Source of the DNA: Octopus bimaculoides
Taxonomy: Eukaryota
Length of the DNA stretch: 64,000 bases
NCBI RefSeq assembly: GCF_001194135.2
Contig: NC_068985.1
Location: 127,412,060 to 127,476,059 of the forward strand
Reading direction: 5' to 3'
The notes beneath the pieces were generated by a model. It was not told the origin of the DNA, searched no databases, and worked only from the letters and a program-made list of their open reading frames with translations. Below are positions 50,466 to 61,766 of this stretch, piece by piece. Both the position numbers and the translations under genes were made by a program. Every line of letters begins with the position of its first letter. Positions within the stretch are counted from its first letter, which is position 1.

Positions 50466-52154
50466 GTTTGCCAAGGCGCATTTTTTCCTTCATCATCTGG
50501 ACCAATACAAGATTTGGATTGTCCGCGTTTAGCCGTTATTTCTAGCATATCAAGTTTCGTGGTGGGGACTCCACATATGATCCTTTTTCTGTTTCAATAT
50601 AAATGTAAGCCGTTCATTTTCACATCTAAGTTGCGAGAAGGCTATTCGTACGACCTGAACATGTAGAGCACAATGTCAAAAATGAAAANNNNNNNNNNNN
50701 NNNNNNNNNNNNNNNNNNNNNNNNNNNNNNNNNNNNNNNNNNNNNNNNNNNNNNNNNNNNNNNNNNNNNNNNNNNNNNNNNNNNNNNNNNNNNNNNNNNN
50801 NNNNNNNNNNNNNNNNNNNNNNNNNGTGTGTGGGGGAGGGGAGGGGTGGTCCAAATTTTTTTTAGGGGGAATCGCATGACCGTGACATATAGAACACATT
50901 ATCGAAAACGAAAATCGTCAAAATTAAAAAATAAAAAAGTTACAGCCATTTTCCCTCAGTGTCTAATTCCAATGTCCACCAAAAAATTTAGATTCTGATT
51001 GTTGGAGTGCATCGTACAATGGGATTACTGAAATAGATGTGACACCAAAATACACCCTGGAAGAACGTAAAACGATGTTTTAAGAGTAAGATGGAGAAGA
51101 TTCAACAAAAAAAATTTACTTTGTTTACATGTTTTGCACATTCGGGCGCGATAATTGTTGTAGGATCGACTAGTCACGACCGACTAGCTTACTCGAGTGC
51201 GCGCCCCAGGACCCCTCTTCTGGAATAGAACCGGAATGAGAACCCAAGTTCGAAATTTCCCCAAGGATGAAGGCTGGAGGGTAAATCAGCGAAAACATTG
51301 TGTTTACAACCAATTTGACGAGGACAACTATTCGTCAAATGTAAATAATGTGCATAATTCCTCACATCTTAAATATAGAACATTATAAACATTTATTTGA
51401 TATTTAATATACGTCTAAAACCACAATTGACTTCATCGGTTGAGGATGAGAAATTAGGAATTGATGGCGAAACATTGAAGACTGCATTAATGTCGGGAAT
51501 TGATTTGGTCGAAATTGGCGACAAAAGCCTGCTTCACTGTTTTGATGTTTTGATGGTGAGTTGATAAAGATTTGCTTCAAGGATGTAATGATTTGTGTAC
51601 AGAATAGATTTATTCTGTGAACGTTGCAATTATAATTCAATGTGGTGGGCATATGGACCGTCAGGAAGCTATGTGACGTGAGAACTGAAAGTGTGAGTGA
51701 CAAGCAGATAAATATGTAATAACTTTTTAAGGGAGGAGATTTAGCAGCAGCCAAAAAATTTTATCTCTTGACACTGGTTTGAATTTTAATTGAGAAATAT
51801 GTTTTGTGATTTCTAACTTTGGAATCCTTTGTTTTTTTTTTTAATTTCAGGCAAGTTAGTGGTCTGACAGCTTATTAATGCCCTTTGTATAATAGAACTA
51901 ATATTAAATGTTTAGCTCTTACTATACTTATTGCACAATGAATCACGTCTGTAAATATAGAAATATGTGTTGCAGTAGAAAAAACCAAAGGCGGAGATAA
52001 AGGACATGAAGAACCGCATCCACTTTCGGCTCCTTGTTGTTTTGTTATTCTACAGAAACCCAATATAAAGATCCTCAGCCCCTAAGGAAAAAAAAAACAA
52101 CTTATAGCCTGCTGGGTGTTAACAACTGTCTCGAAAACGAATAAGAACAACAAA

Positions 52155-53490
52155 ATTTGCGCAAACGAACCTGGTGGGGTGAGAGGATATTCGGAAAATT
52201 CAAAAAAAAAAGAGATCCGATTTTTCCCCTCATAACTTTCAGGAAAATTGACATACATTATATATATATATAGGCGTAGGAGTGGCTGTGTGGTAAGTAG
52301 CTTGCTTACCAACCACATGGTCCCGGGTTCAGTCCCACTGCGTGGCATCTTGGGCAAGTGTCTTCTAGTATAGCCTCGGGCCGACCAATGCCTTGTGAGT
52401 GGATTTGGTAGACGGAAACTGAAAGAAGCCTGTCGTATATATGTATATATATATATGTATGTGTGTGTGTTTGTCCCCCCAACATCGCTTGACAACCGAT
52501 GCTGGTGTGTTTATGTCCCTGTAACTTAGCGGTTCGGCAAAAGAGACCGAAAGAATAAGTACTAGGCTTCCAAAGAATAAGTCCTGGGGTTGATTTGCTC
52601 GACTAAAGGCGGTGCTCCAGCATGGCCACAGTCAAAAGACTGAAACAAGTAAAAGAGTATATATATATATATATTTACGAAGTACCACGTCTTTGGCCAC
52701 GGCAAATCATATTCTTAAAAAAAAAAGTGTTTGTTAAATTCCAATTAAAAAAAAACTATTTCTTTCCAATTGTACGGCTTTGGCCTTCAAGCAGGCTATC
52801 CACATGCTAGAAATAACAGCCAAATCTTACCAAACTGCGATAACATAATGAAAGAAATATGTAATCAATCTGCCCATTTTGAGATCTAAATCGTTTCACC
52901 CGAGCTAAAAAGAAAATTTAAAAAATAGTGCAATTTGTGTAAAACAAAGTATTAAACGAATCTGGAAAAAAAAAAAATGCGCGCTGGTAAACGGGGTGAA
53001 TGGGAGAGTATTCGGAAAATTCACATTAGGAATGTTGCGAATCCTCTCACCATTTCCCCGTTCGTTGACGAACATTTTTTCTTCATATTCGTTTAGTAGA
53101 CATTATTTTACACCTAGTACACATTTTTTTTTCATTTATGTAGCGTTGAATTTCGCTTTAGTTTGACCGTTGTGCGTTGGTCAAATGATTTTCTTTAATT
53201 TCACTTTGTCACAGTATTTCTTTGCTATCTCTGAAAGAAATCTTTGCAGAAAGGGGAGTAGATTGATTACATATTTCTTTCATTATGTTATCGTAGTTTT
53301 GTGAGATTTGGCTGTTATTTCTCGCATGTAGATATCCTGCTTGAAGTCCAAGGCCTTAGAATTGGGAGGGTGTGTTGATATTTTTCCCCCCAATATATAT
53401 ATCCATTTTCCTAAAAGTTATGAGGAAAAAATCGGATCTTGTAAATTTTCCGCAAGTCATCTCCCTGCACCCAAGTTAGCGTAAATTTTT
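52155..53490. repeat. Inverted-repeat pair enclosing the SINE at 52273-52660
   Basis: GATCCGATTTTTCCCCTCATAACTTTCAGGAAAAT (~52215) versus ATTTTCCTAAAAGTTATGAGGAAAAAATCGGATC (~53406). Confidence 0.55.
52273..52660 (+). mobile_element. tRNA-head SINE family 1, best-preserved copy. Others: 1-225(+), 9988-10355(+), 15875-16165(+), 23395-23625(-), 25725-26075(-), 26105-26535(-), 46320-46745(-), 54595-54970(-)
   Basis: A box TGGCTGTGTGG, B box GGTTCAGTCCC, conserved core CCTTGTGAGTGGATTTGGTAGACGGAAACTGAAAGAAGCC, an internal microsatellite, and end GCTCCAGCATGGCC...GACTGAAACAAG. Confidence 0.85.
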
Positions 53491-55439
53491 TTTTTTTTTC
53501 ATATTCGTTTTCACCATAAGTACAGCTTTCTGTCCCCAACCCGACTTTGGGTGATCATAACTTTCAGAAAAATGGGTATTTTCTAAAGAAATTTTCTACG
53601 AATATGTGTTATATCATGTAGATTCCGAATATACAAACTTTTGAGGGCAAAATGTTTTCGGAGAGGGTGGTGTGGGTTAATTTCGGAAAACTCACCAGAG
53701 TCCACTTCAATTCCTCTTAACTTTCAAGAAAATGTATATAGGACGTAATAATTTTGGGGGAAACAATTGAAAGCTATTTTTGAGAACCAGTCCTCATTCG
53801 TAGATGTTTCGGAACAAGTCATCCATATGTGTTTTATTTATTTTCCCCATTGGAGCATACTTAAAAACTGAATTTGGGATTACAATTTTGAAATGTTCTT
53901 TTCTTTTATTTATTTTATTTACTTATTTATTTATTTATTTATTTAATTTTATTTTATTTTTTGACGATTCTGAATTTCCGCAGTCAAAAAGGTTGGTTTC
54001 TCTTAAAAAAAAAAAAAAGAAAAACCCCAAAACCCAGAAGTGGGGCGGTCCACATCCTTTAGCTCTGCTAAAAACCAAATTATTAAGATTTTGAATAATT
54101 GAAACTCCAGCATGAGAAAAAATATGTTCATTTTAACATATTTAATGTTAAAAACTTTTCAAAATTTATAAGAAATAAATATGCTACAAGTGTACCGGTT
54201 TGCTTCAGCAGGTTCCATCAAACCTTGTGGTGTGCAACCAATTGAAGCACTTGGTGCTGCATTGATGTTCTTTTTTCTTTCTCTCTCCACCTTTTTTTTA
54301 TTTTGCTTTTTTTCTTTGTCTTTCCTTTGTATTATATGTACCATTTATAGGGCTGGGTCAAAGTCTCGGCTACTCGGGCAGTCACCCGGGGCACTACAAA
54401 GACAAGGAAATTTCAACGACTGTCATCTTGTATACGCTGAAGTTCAGCCTGCCTGAGGTGATAACAACTGTAGGACCAGCCCTGATCATTTTACCTCACT
54501 TTTTACTTGCTGTTTGTATTGTACGCTACGTATAATTTTACGTTTCGTCTCAATCTGCAATGAAATACAAAAGAAAAAAAAATAATAAAATGCTGGTTAT
54601 CTTCAGTCATTTGATTGCGGCCGTGCTGGAGCATCACCTTGAAGAGTTTTAGTTGAATGAATCGACCCCAGTACATATTTTTTTTCTTTTAAGCTTGGCA
54701 CTTATTGTACGGTTCTCTTTTTATTAAACCACTAAGTTATAGGGATGTAAACACATCAACACTGGTTGTCAAGTAGTGAAGGGGAACAAGCATAGATACA
54801 CACACAGACACACAGACAATGGACCCCTTTCAATGTCCTACCAAATTCACTCACAAGTCTTTGGTTGGCCTGAATCTATAGTAGAAAACATTAGCCTAAG
54901 GCTTCACACAATTGGATTGAACCCAAAACCATGTGATTGGGAAGCAAATTCCTTATCATACAGCCACTACCTCAGTCTAGGGAAACCTAGAATGAGTTTC
55001 CTTGTCCAATTAAACACAATCTGTATAACTGTCAACGCTATCAATGTGATTACAAATAAACTTCAAAAATAATGCAAATTGCTATCAAACATAGGCCTCC
55101 TTCATCACTTGCAACATGTCTCCTTTCTCTGTGACCACCACTACTATTACATCTTCCAGACACTTGCATTTCTATTGCACACACATATGGTTTCTTGCCT
55201 TTCCATCAAATCTGTGCTGAGAACTTCCTGGTTAAGGCATAGTGTTTCAACATGGGTGCAAGTTGTTTGATAATTACATGAGTAGTTGGGTGTTCCTTTG
55301 AACAAATTAGATAAAGGCCATGAGTTTAGGAATCCTGTTTATCATTACATAAGTGACATGATACTCATCCCCATCAGCATGTTTTGTTGTAGCTCCTGGT
55401 TGACACGACAGTACATCTGATGGACTGTGGAAGCTCTGT

Positions 55440-55700
55440 GGATGTATTGGAGGCCATCAAACTGTTTCCTTTATTCTTCTAGGCTCAAACATCTGAGGTA
55501 GTGTTCATCTGCCATTGTGGATGCTGTTTCAGTTCAATGTTAGGGTGTGATCAATGCAAGAGGAAATTCTATTAAGGAATATATGATTGTAGATTTTTGA
55601 GGCTTGAGATAAGATTGTGATTCCTCTGTAGTTTTGAGGCAGGTGAAGGTAACCATTCTTTGAAATTGGAACAAGAATGATACTCTAATCTCTAAATCTA
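55440..55700 (-). mobile_element. LINE RT fragment (RTE/RTEX-like) upstream of the ZNF coding exon
   Basis: SIILVPISKNGYLHLPQNYRGITILSQASKIYNHIFLNRI...LTLN*NSIHNGR*T, matching the RT N-terminal NYRGI...QNGFR.GRST region. Confidence 0.65.
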
Positions 55701-55860
55701 CAACTCTATGCACTTTCACAGTTTCTGTATTAAGTCCATTTAAGCAGCTAAATATAGTCAGCTGTGACCAAGAAAGTTGAATACTCCATCGAACTTTCTT
55801 TATTGTATATAGAAATAGAATAAAAATTTCTACTATTTAACCTTCACTTGTTTTAAATAT

Positions 55861-55891
55861 CCTCAATATCTTATTGTCTTTTTTATTTTAG
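55861..55891 (+). promoter_or_regulatory. Candidate splice acceptor for the ZNF 5'UTR/coding exon
   Basis: ttattgtcttttttattttag|gttatc, a pyrimidine-rich AG ~450 nt upstream of the ZNF ATG. Confidence 0.35.
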
Positions 55892-56337
55892 GTTATCTGC
55901 TGAGATCCTTATGAGTGAATTTTTGATTTTAGAGCCATTATCAATACTATCTGTGAGCAATTAATGGAAGCTATACAACACTAATGTAATCCAGTTTATT
56001 TAAAACTATGGTGTTTTATTTTAGAATATTTGTCCTGAATTGAGATTAAAAAGCAAAATTTCTCAGCTTCCCTGTCTGGAATACATATAAGACAGTTTTG
56101 CATTCTTATTACACTTGGATAAATATATCAAAGCAGTTTTATTCAGATGGCAGTAAAAATTACAGTTGATGGAAATACAGCAGTAGAAATATTTTTTAGG
56201 AACAAACTCTACAAATCAATACAAGAAAAAAATATCTTATATTGTGATGAAGGAAAAAGAAATTTTCTGAAAAGGAAGTATTTGACAAATTGGAAGAATT
56301 GATTTTCTTTTTTTTTTTTTTCTTTTTTTCTTACGAG

Positions 56338-57702
56338 ATGCCAAAAATGTTAGGAGAAACATTATACCACTGTGATATCTGTAACAAGTCATTTTCACAC
56401 AAATGTAACCTCACTACACACAAACGAATTCATACAGGAGAGAGACCCTATCACTGTGATATTTGTTGTAAATCATTCTCACATAGAAATAGCTTAACTA
56501 ATCACAAATGGTTTCATTTAGGAGAAAAGCCATATCACTGCAATATCTGTGGCAAATCATTCTGTGAGGCTGGTAACTTAACTAAACACAAACGCATTCA
56601 TACTGGAGAGAAGCCATATCACTGTAACATTTGTGGTAATTCATTCTCTCACATTAGTACCTTAACTAATCACAAACGTACTCATACAGGAGACAGGCCA
56701 TATAACTGTGAGATCTGTAGTAAATCATTCTCTCACAAAAATAGTTTAACTAACCATAAACGCTTTCATTCTGGAGAGAAGCCATATCTCTGTGATATCT
56801 GTGGTAAATCATTCTCTGAAACAGGTAACTTATCTATACACAAGCGTATTCATACTGGAGAGAAACCACATCACTGTCATGTCTGTGGTAAATCATTCTC
56901 TCATATAGGGACTTTAACTAAACACAAACACACACACACAGGAGAGAAGCCATATCAGTGTGATATCTGTGGTAAATCATTCTCTCATGTAGGTACTTTG
57001 ACCCAGCACAAACACACACACACAGGAGAGAAACCCTATCAGTGTGATATCTGTGGTAAATCATTCTCTTATATAAGTACATTGACTCAGCACAAGCTCA
57101 ATCATACAGGGGAGAAGCCATATCATTGTGATATCTGTGGTAAATCATTCTCTCAATCAGGTAACTTAAGTGAACACATGTATCTTCATGCGCAAGAGAA
57201 ACACTATCATTGTGATATCTGTGGTAAATCTTTCTCTCAGAGAGGTGGCTTAATTGTACATATCCGTATTCATACAGGGGAGAAACCATATCATTGTGGT
57301 TTTTGTGATAAATCATTCTCTCATGCTTGTAGCTTAACAAAGCACAAACATATGCATACAGGAGAAAAACCATATCACTGTGACATTTGTAGTAAATCTT
57401 TCTCACAGCATAATCACTTAACCACTCACAAACGGTCTCACACAGGAGAGAAGCCATATCTCTGTGATATTTGTGGGAAGTCCTTCTCTTGCAGAGTTAC
57501 CTTAACGAAGCACAAACGTACTCATACAGGTGAGAAACCATATCTCTGTGTTATCTGTGGCAAATCCTTCTCTGAGACAGGTAACTTAGCTATACACAAA
57601 CGTATTCATACTGGTGAGAAACCATATCATTGTGGTATCTGTAGTAAATCATTCTCACAAAAATCTCACTTATGTTCACATGTATGTATTCAAACTGAAT
57701 AG
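56338..57702 (+). CDS. Intronless tandem C2H2 zinc-finger protein (~454 aa; 15 intact fingers + 1 degenerate)
   Basis: 16 units with an 84-nt period, YxCxICGKSFSxxxxLxxHKRxH joined by TGEKP linkers; no KRAB-like domain seen. Start uncertain: the track uses TTG 56290, the first ATG is 56338. Confidence 0.9.
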   Translation: MPKMLGETLYHCDICNKSFSHKCNLTTHKRIHTGERPYHCDICCKSFSHRNSLTNHKWFHLGEKPYHCNICGKSFCEAGNLTKHKRIHTGEKPYHCNICGNSFSHISTLTNHKRTHTGDRPYNCEICSKSFSHKNSLTNHKRFHSGEKPYLCDICGKSFSETGNLSIHKRIHTGEKPHHCHVCGKSFSHIGTLTKHKHTHTGEKPYQCDICGKSFSHVGTLTQHKHTHTGEKPYQCDICGKSFSYISTLTQHKLNHTGEKPYHCDICGKSFSQSGNLSEHMYLHAQEKHYHCDICGKSFSQRGGLIVHIRIHTGEKPYHCGFCDKSFSHACSLTKHKHMHTGEKPYHCDICSKSFSQHNHLTTHKRSHTGEKPYLCDICGKSFSCRVTLTKHKRTHTGEKPYLCVICGKSFSETGNLAIHKRIHTGEKPYHCGICSKSFSQKSHLCSHVCIQTE

Positions 57703-59284
57703 TAACTGCTTTTATGTAAAATATCTTTCTCTGCATCTAATATCTTATATCATCATAAATTTGCATACATGTGAGTAAACAATGTAATGTATATTAACAA
57801 GCATCAAACACTGTATTCTGTATAACCATAACAATATCAACTGTAATTATCACGCTGTAAAGTGGCTTGTATTTGGAAAAGCCTCCAGCTGTAAAAACCA
57901 TACCAAAGCAGACCTTGCTGTTGCCACATAAAAGCACCCAGTCCACTCTGTAAATTGTTTAGCATTAGGAAGGACATCCAGTGGTAGAAACGGTGCCAAA
58001 AATAGACCTTGCTGATGTTGATGTTATGTTAAAAGCACCCAGTCCACTCTGTAATGTGTTTAGCATTAAGAAGGATATTCAGCCATGAAAATCATGCCAA
58101 AACAGACCTTGCTGATGTCACGTGAAAATCATCCTGTTGACTCTATAAAGTGGTTGGCATTAGGAAGGTCATCCAGTTGTAAAATTATAGCAAAACAGAA
58201 AGTGAAGCTCAGTGTTGTCCTCTAACTTGACAGCTTCTGTCCAACCATTCAACCCATGCTATCATGAAAGAAAGTATATGAGAATGATTTAGGAAAATAT
58301 TTGTTAGAATACTGTTATGTATTTCAGTTAACAACTATCAAAAAGGAAGGGAAACTGTTATGTTTAACTTTGTTGGCCAAAGCTTGAGAAATGTATTCTT
58401 ATCTATCAGCTATAACATCACTGTACACTTATTATATTACAAAGAAATACATAAACCATAAAAGAAAAATAATTCATCAGAACCTAATAAGATATACAGA
58501 TTATAAAGTTGAAGAATTTGGAGTGAAGCTGGACAGTTATTTTTTAATCATTACAATTGTTTGCACACAACATGGTTCTTCAAAAGTACAAGTATTCGTT
58601 GATGCAGCTGTTTATTTGCACATTCATGTGTATACATACACATGAGCATAGGTACATGTGTGTGTATACAGGCAGATATAAATAGATTTGTTTGTGTGTG
58701 TGTGTGGGGGGGGATATGAGCGAGTATGTGTATATGTATCTGACCACTGAATATTGAAGGTCAGCTAATAAAATTTGCATGGACAGCAAACAACCATCCA
58801 CTACCACTCATAGCAGTGCATCGAACACACTCTGGCTGCAAACAACATCAATCTACCAACTGCTACAAATTTCCAATGAAGATGGATGGCTGGGATGATT
58901 TGAAGTCAAATATTTTAAAGTAACGGAGGCAACACTTGAATATCACTTGAAGTAATACAACTAGATCTCATTGTACAAATAAACAGTTTCATAGTCAAAA
59001 AAACCTGTATTTTTGTAGAACTATGTTGTGTGGAAAGAATTATAGTTTAAAAAAAAACAAAAAGACTGTCCAACCATACTCCTTTTTGTAGAATCCCGAT
59101 GTCTTCAACTTTATAGTCACACACAATGAAAATCCAAGCATAAACCTGGAAGTATATCATAATGCTATTGGATAGCATTATGTAATTCTGAGGGCAGACT
59201 AGCTTTATACTGCACTCTGCCAACTTCCTAATGGAATATACTGTAACTCTATATTTAAGTGGATGTTAAACAATGATGATATCA

Positions 59285-60500
59285 TAATCATCATCGTTTA
59301 ACGTCCGCTTTCCATGCTAGCATGGGTTGGACGGATTCAGTGAGGACTTTTGAGCCAGAGGCTGCACCAGGCTCCAGTCTGGTCTGGCAAAGTTTCTACA
59401 ATTGGATGCCCTTCCTAACGCCAACCACTCCGAAAGTGTAGTGGGTGCTTTTTTCATGCCACTGGCACGAGGGCCAGTCAGGCTATTGTAGCAATGACCA
59501 CACTCACACTCAAATGGTGTTTTTACGTGCTACCTGCATGGTAGCTAGTCCGGCAGCACTGGCAACGACCATGCTCAAATGTTGTTCTTCACGTGCCACC
59601 GACAAGGGTTGGTAAGGTGACAATGGCAACAATCATGCTCAAATGGTGCTTTTTATTTGTCACCGGCATGGGAGCCAATCTGTGACCCTAGCAACAATCA
59701 CGCTAGTATGTACTTTTAACGCTCCAGTGGCACAATTGCCAATCAGGCAGTACTGTCATTGGCCACATCAGCAATTTTGGTTTGTTTACACTTGCCTCAA
59801 TAGGTCTTCGCAAGCAAAGTTCATTGTCCAATGAATGAGGGGGTACTCATAAGTGGGCTGGTTACACCCACTGGCATAGGCCATGGGCTATGATCTCACT
59901 TGGCTTGTTGTGTCTTTTCACGCACAGCATATTTTGAAAGGTCCCGGCCAGAAGTCATTTCCTTGCTGAGGCCTATTGTTTGAAGGTCATGTTTCACAGT
60001 CTCATCCCAGGTCTTCCTGGGTCTACCTCTTTCACAGTTTCCCCTCAACCACTAGGGTGTGGCACTTTTTCACACAGCTATCCTCATCCATTCTCACCAC
60101 ATGACCATACCAGCGCAATCGTCTCTCTTGCACACCACAACTGATGCTTCTTAGGTTCAACTTTTCTCTCGATGTACTTACACTCTGTCGAGTATGCACA
60201 CTGACATTACACATCCATCAGAGCATACTAGCTTCATTCTTTGCGAGCTTACGCATGTCCTCAGCAGTCACGGCCCATGTTTCACTGCCATGTATCATGG
60301 CTGTTCGTACACATGCGTCAGACAGTCTGCTTTTTATTCTGAGTGAGAGGCCCCTTGTCACCAGCAGAGGTAATAGCTCTCAGAACTTTGCCTAGGCTAT
60401 TCTTATTCTAGTAGCTACACTTTCAGAGCATCCACCCCTGCTATTGACTTGTTACCCTAGGTACTGGAAGCTATCAGCTCTTCTAGTTTTTCTCCGAGGA
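59285..60500 (-). mobile_element. 5'-truncated RTE LINE: ORF2 C-terminus, stop (59896-59898), ~610-bp 3'UTR and (GAT)n tail
   Basis: ELLPLLVTRG, HGSETWA, ERRLRWYGHVVRM, GRPRKTWDETVKHDL...EKTQQAK*, contiguous with the abundant tail repeat. Confidence 0.88.
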
Positions 60501-60939
60501 CTGCGACAGAAGCTGTTCTCTGCACATTATCTATGTTTATAGCACCATAGCATTTGGCAGATAAAAAAAAAAAATATCTTTCCAGTTAGCCTGCTGATGT
60601 TAAACAATGATATATATATATATATATTTAAATAAGCAGTTGTTAAACAACAACAATGATGATGATATACATACATACATACACATCAATTTAAATAAGA
60701 GCCATAACGCAATCCATAGTAAAACTTGTTTAATAACCTATGCACATTTCAATACAATATCCCGACTCACCCTTGTCTGAGATAAGAATATGAGGTCTTG
60801 CATCTCTTCAGGGTCAAGTTACATTAATTCACAGCAGACAGCAAACAACAGACAACATTAATAATTGTCCTCAAATTACATGTATAAAAGAGTTATAATC
60901 AGGTTGTAACGACATATATATATGTGTGTGTGTATATAT

Positions 60940-61745
60940 ATATATATATAAAATAGAGATGTCTGTGTATTCGCTTTTCACATGAAATCGACTTCACCAA
61001 ATGCTTCCATACTTGTGATGCATGAATAATTTGACCTCGGATAAATGTTAGGCTGTTCATTCGATTTTTTTAATTAAAAATAAATAATATTGCTTTATAT
61101 TTATGATTCACTTCTTTAAAAAGGTTCCTCAATGTCAACTTCCGGTATTGACGTATCAGCAGCGAAAGGCTTCACTCTCTATTTTGACGTTTTTCTCCCA
61201 AATGCTTACATACTTGTGATGCAATGTCAACTTCCGGTATTGACATAGCACGCGCGCACGCATACACACGTGTCTTTGTAAATATGTTTTTATACATTTA
61301 TGTATGTGTGTGTTTGTAAGAGATAGAGTGTGAGTGAGAGAGAGAGGTTTGTTGTCATATGCATCCATCATTTTTGGATGTATGTGTGCGTGTGTGTGTG
61401 TGTGAGAGACAGAGTGAGAGAGCGGTGTGTATGTAGTATTTACTCTCTCTCTCATACGCACGCACACACAAACACTCATACACAACGATGTATGCATATT
61501 TATGCATGTACGTATACATGACAACAAACCTCTCTCTCTCTCTGTCACACACGTCCATTTCATCTGATGTGTAATACTGTGTGTGCGTGGGGGGTTCCAC
61601 AATCGCCATTTATTTCAATTACTCTTGTGAGGATATTCACATAAATCATTTGTTTCATTTAATCCCCATTTTAATTTTCGTAAAAGTTTCCAAGTACCAA
61701 TAAGCAACAATTTCATTCCCGAGCAACGCCGGGTGCCTCTGCTAG
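60940..61745 (+). mobile_element. Non-autonomous Helitron-like element
   Basis: 5' TATATATATAAAA start, internal microsatellites and short direct repeats, 3' GC hairpin CCCG-AGCAACGC-CGGG followed by CTAG (61742-61745). Confidence 0.6.
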
Positions 61746-61766
61746 AATATATATGTATATGTATGT

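Larger units (their letters stand above)
12591..50825. other. Assembly gaps (approx. 12591-12634, 15176-15185, 35793-35802, 36750-36849, 40972-41095, 42971-43203, 50689-50825)
   Basis: Runs of N, mostly abutting microsatellites, consistent with a short-read assembly. Confidence 0.95.

Noticed and set aside
56290-56337. TTG start and poly-Phe N-terminus for the ZNF
   Set aside because: Non-ATG start and a homopolymer tract; ATG 56338 or splicing is more plausible.
871-61609. Numerous short ORFs rich in YI, ER, TH or SL, or with recurring motifs such as FLQLDALPNAN
   Set aside because: They are translations of microsatellites and SINE/LINE-tail copies, not genes.
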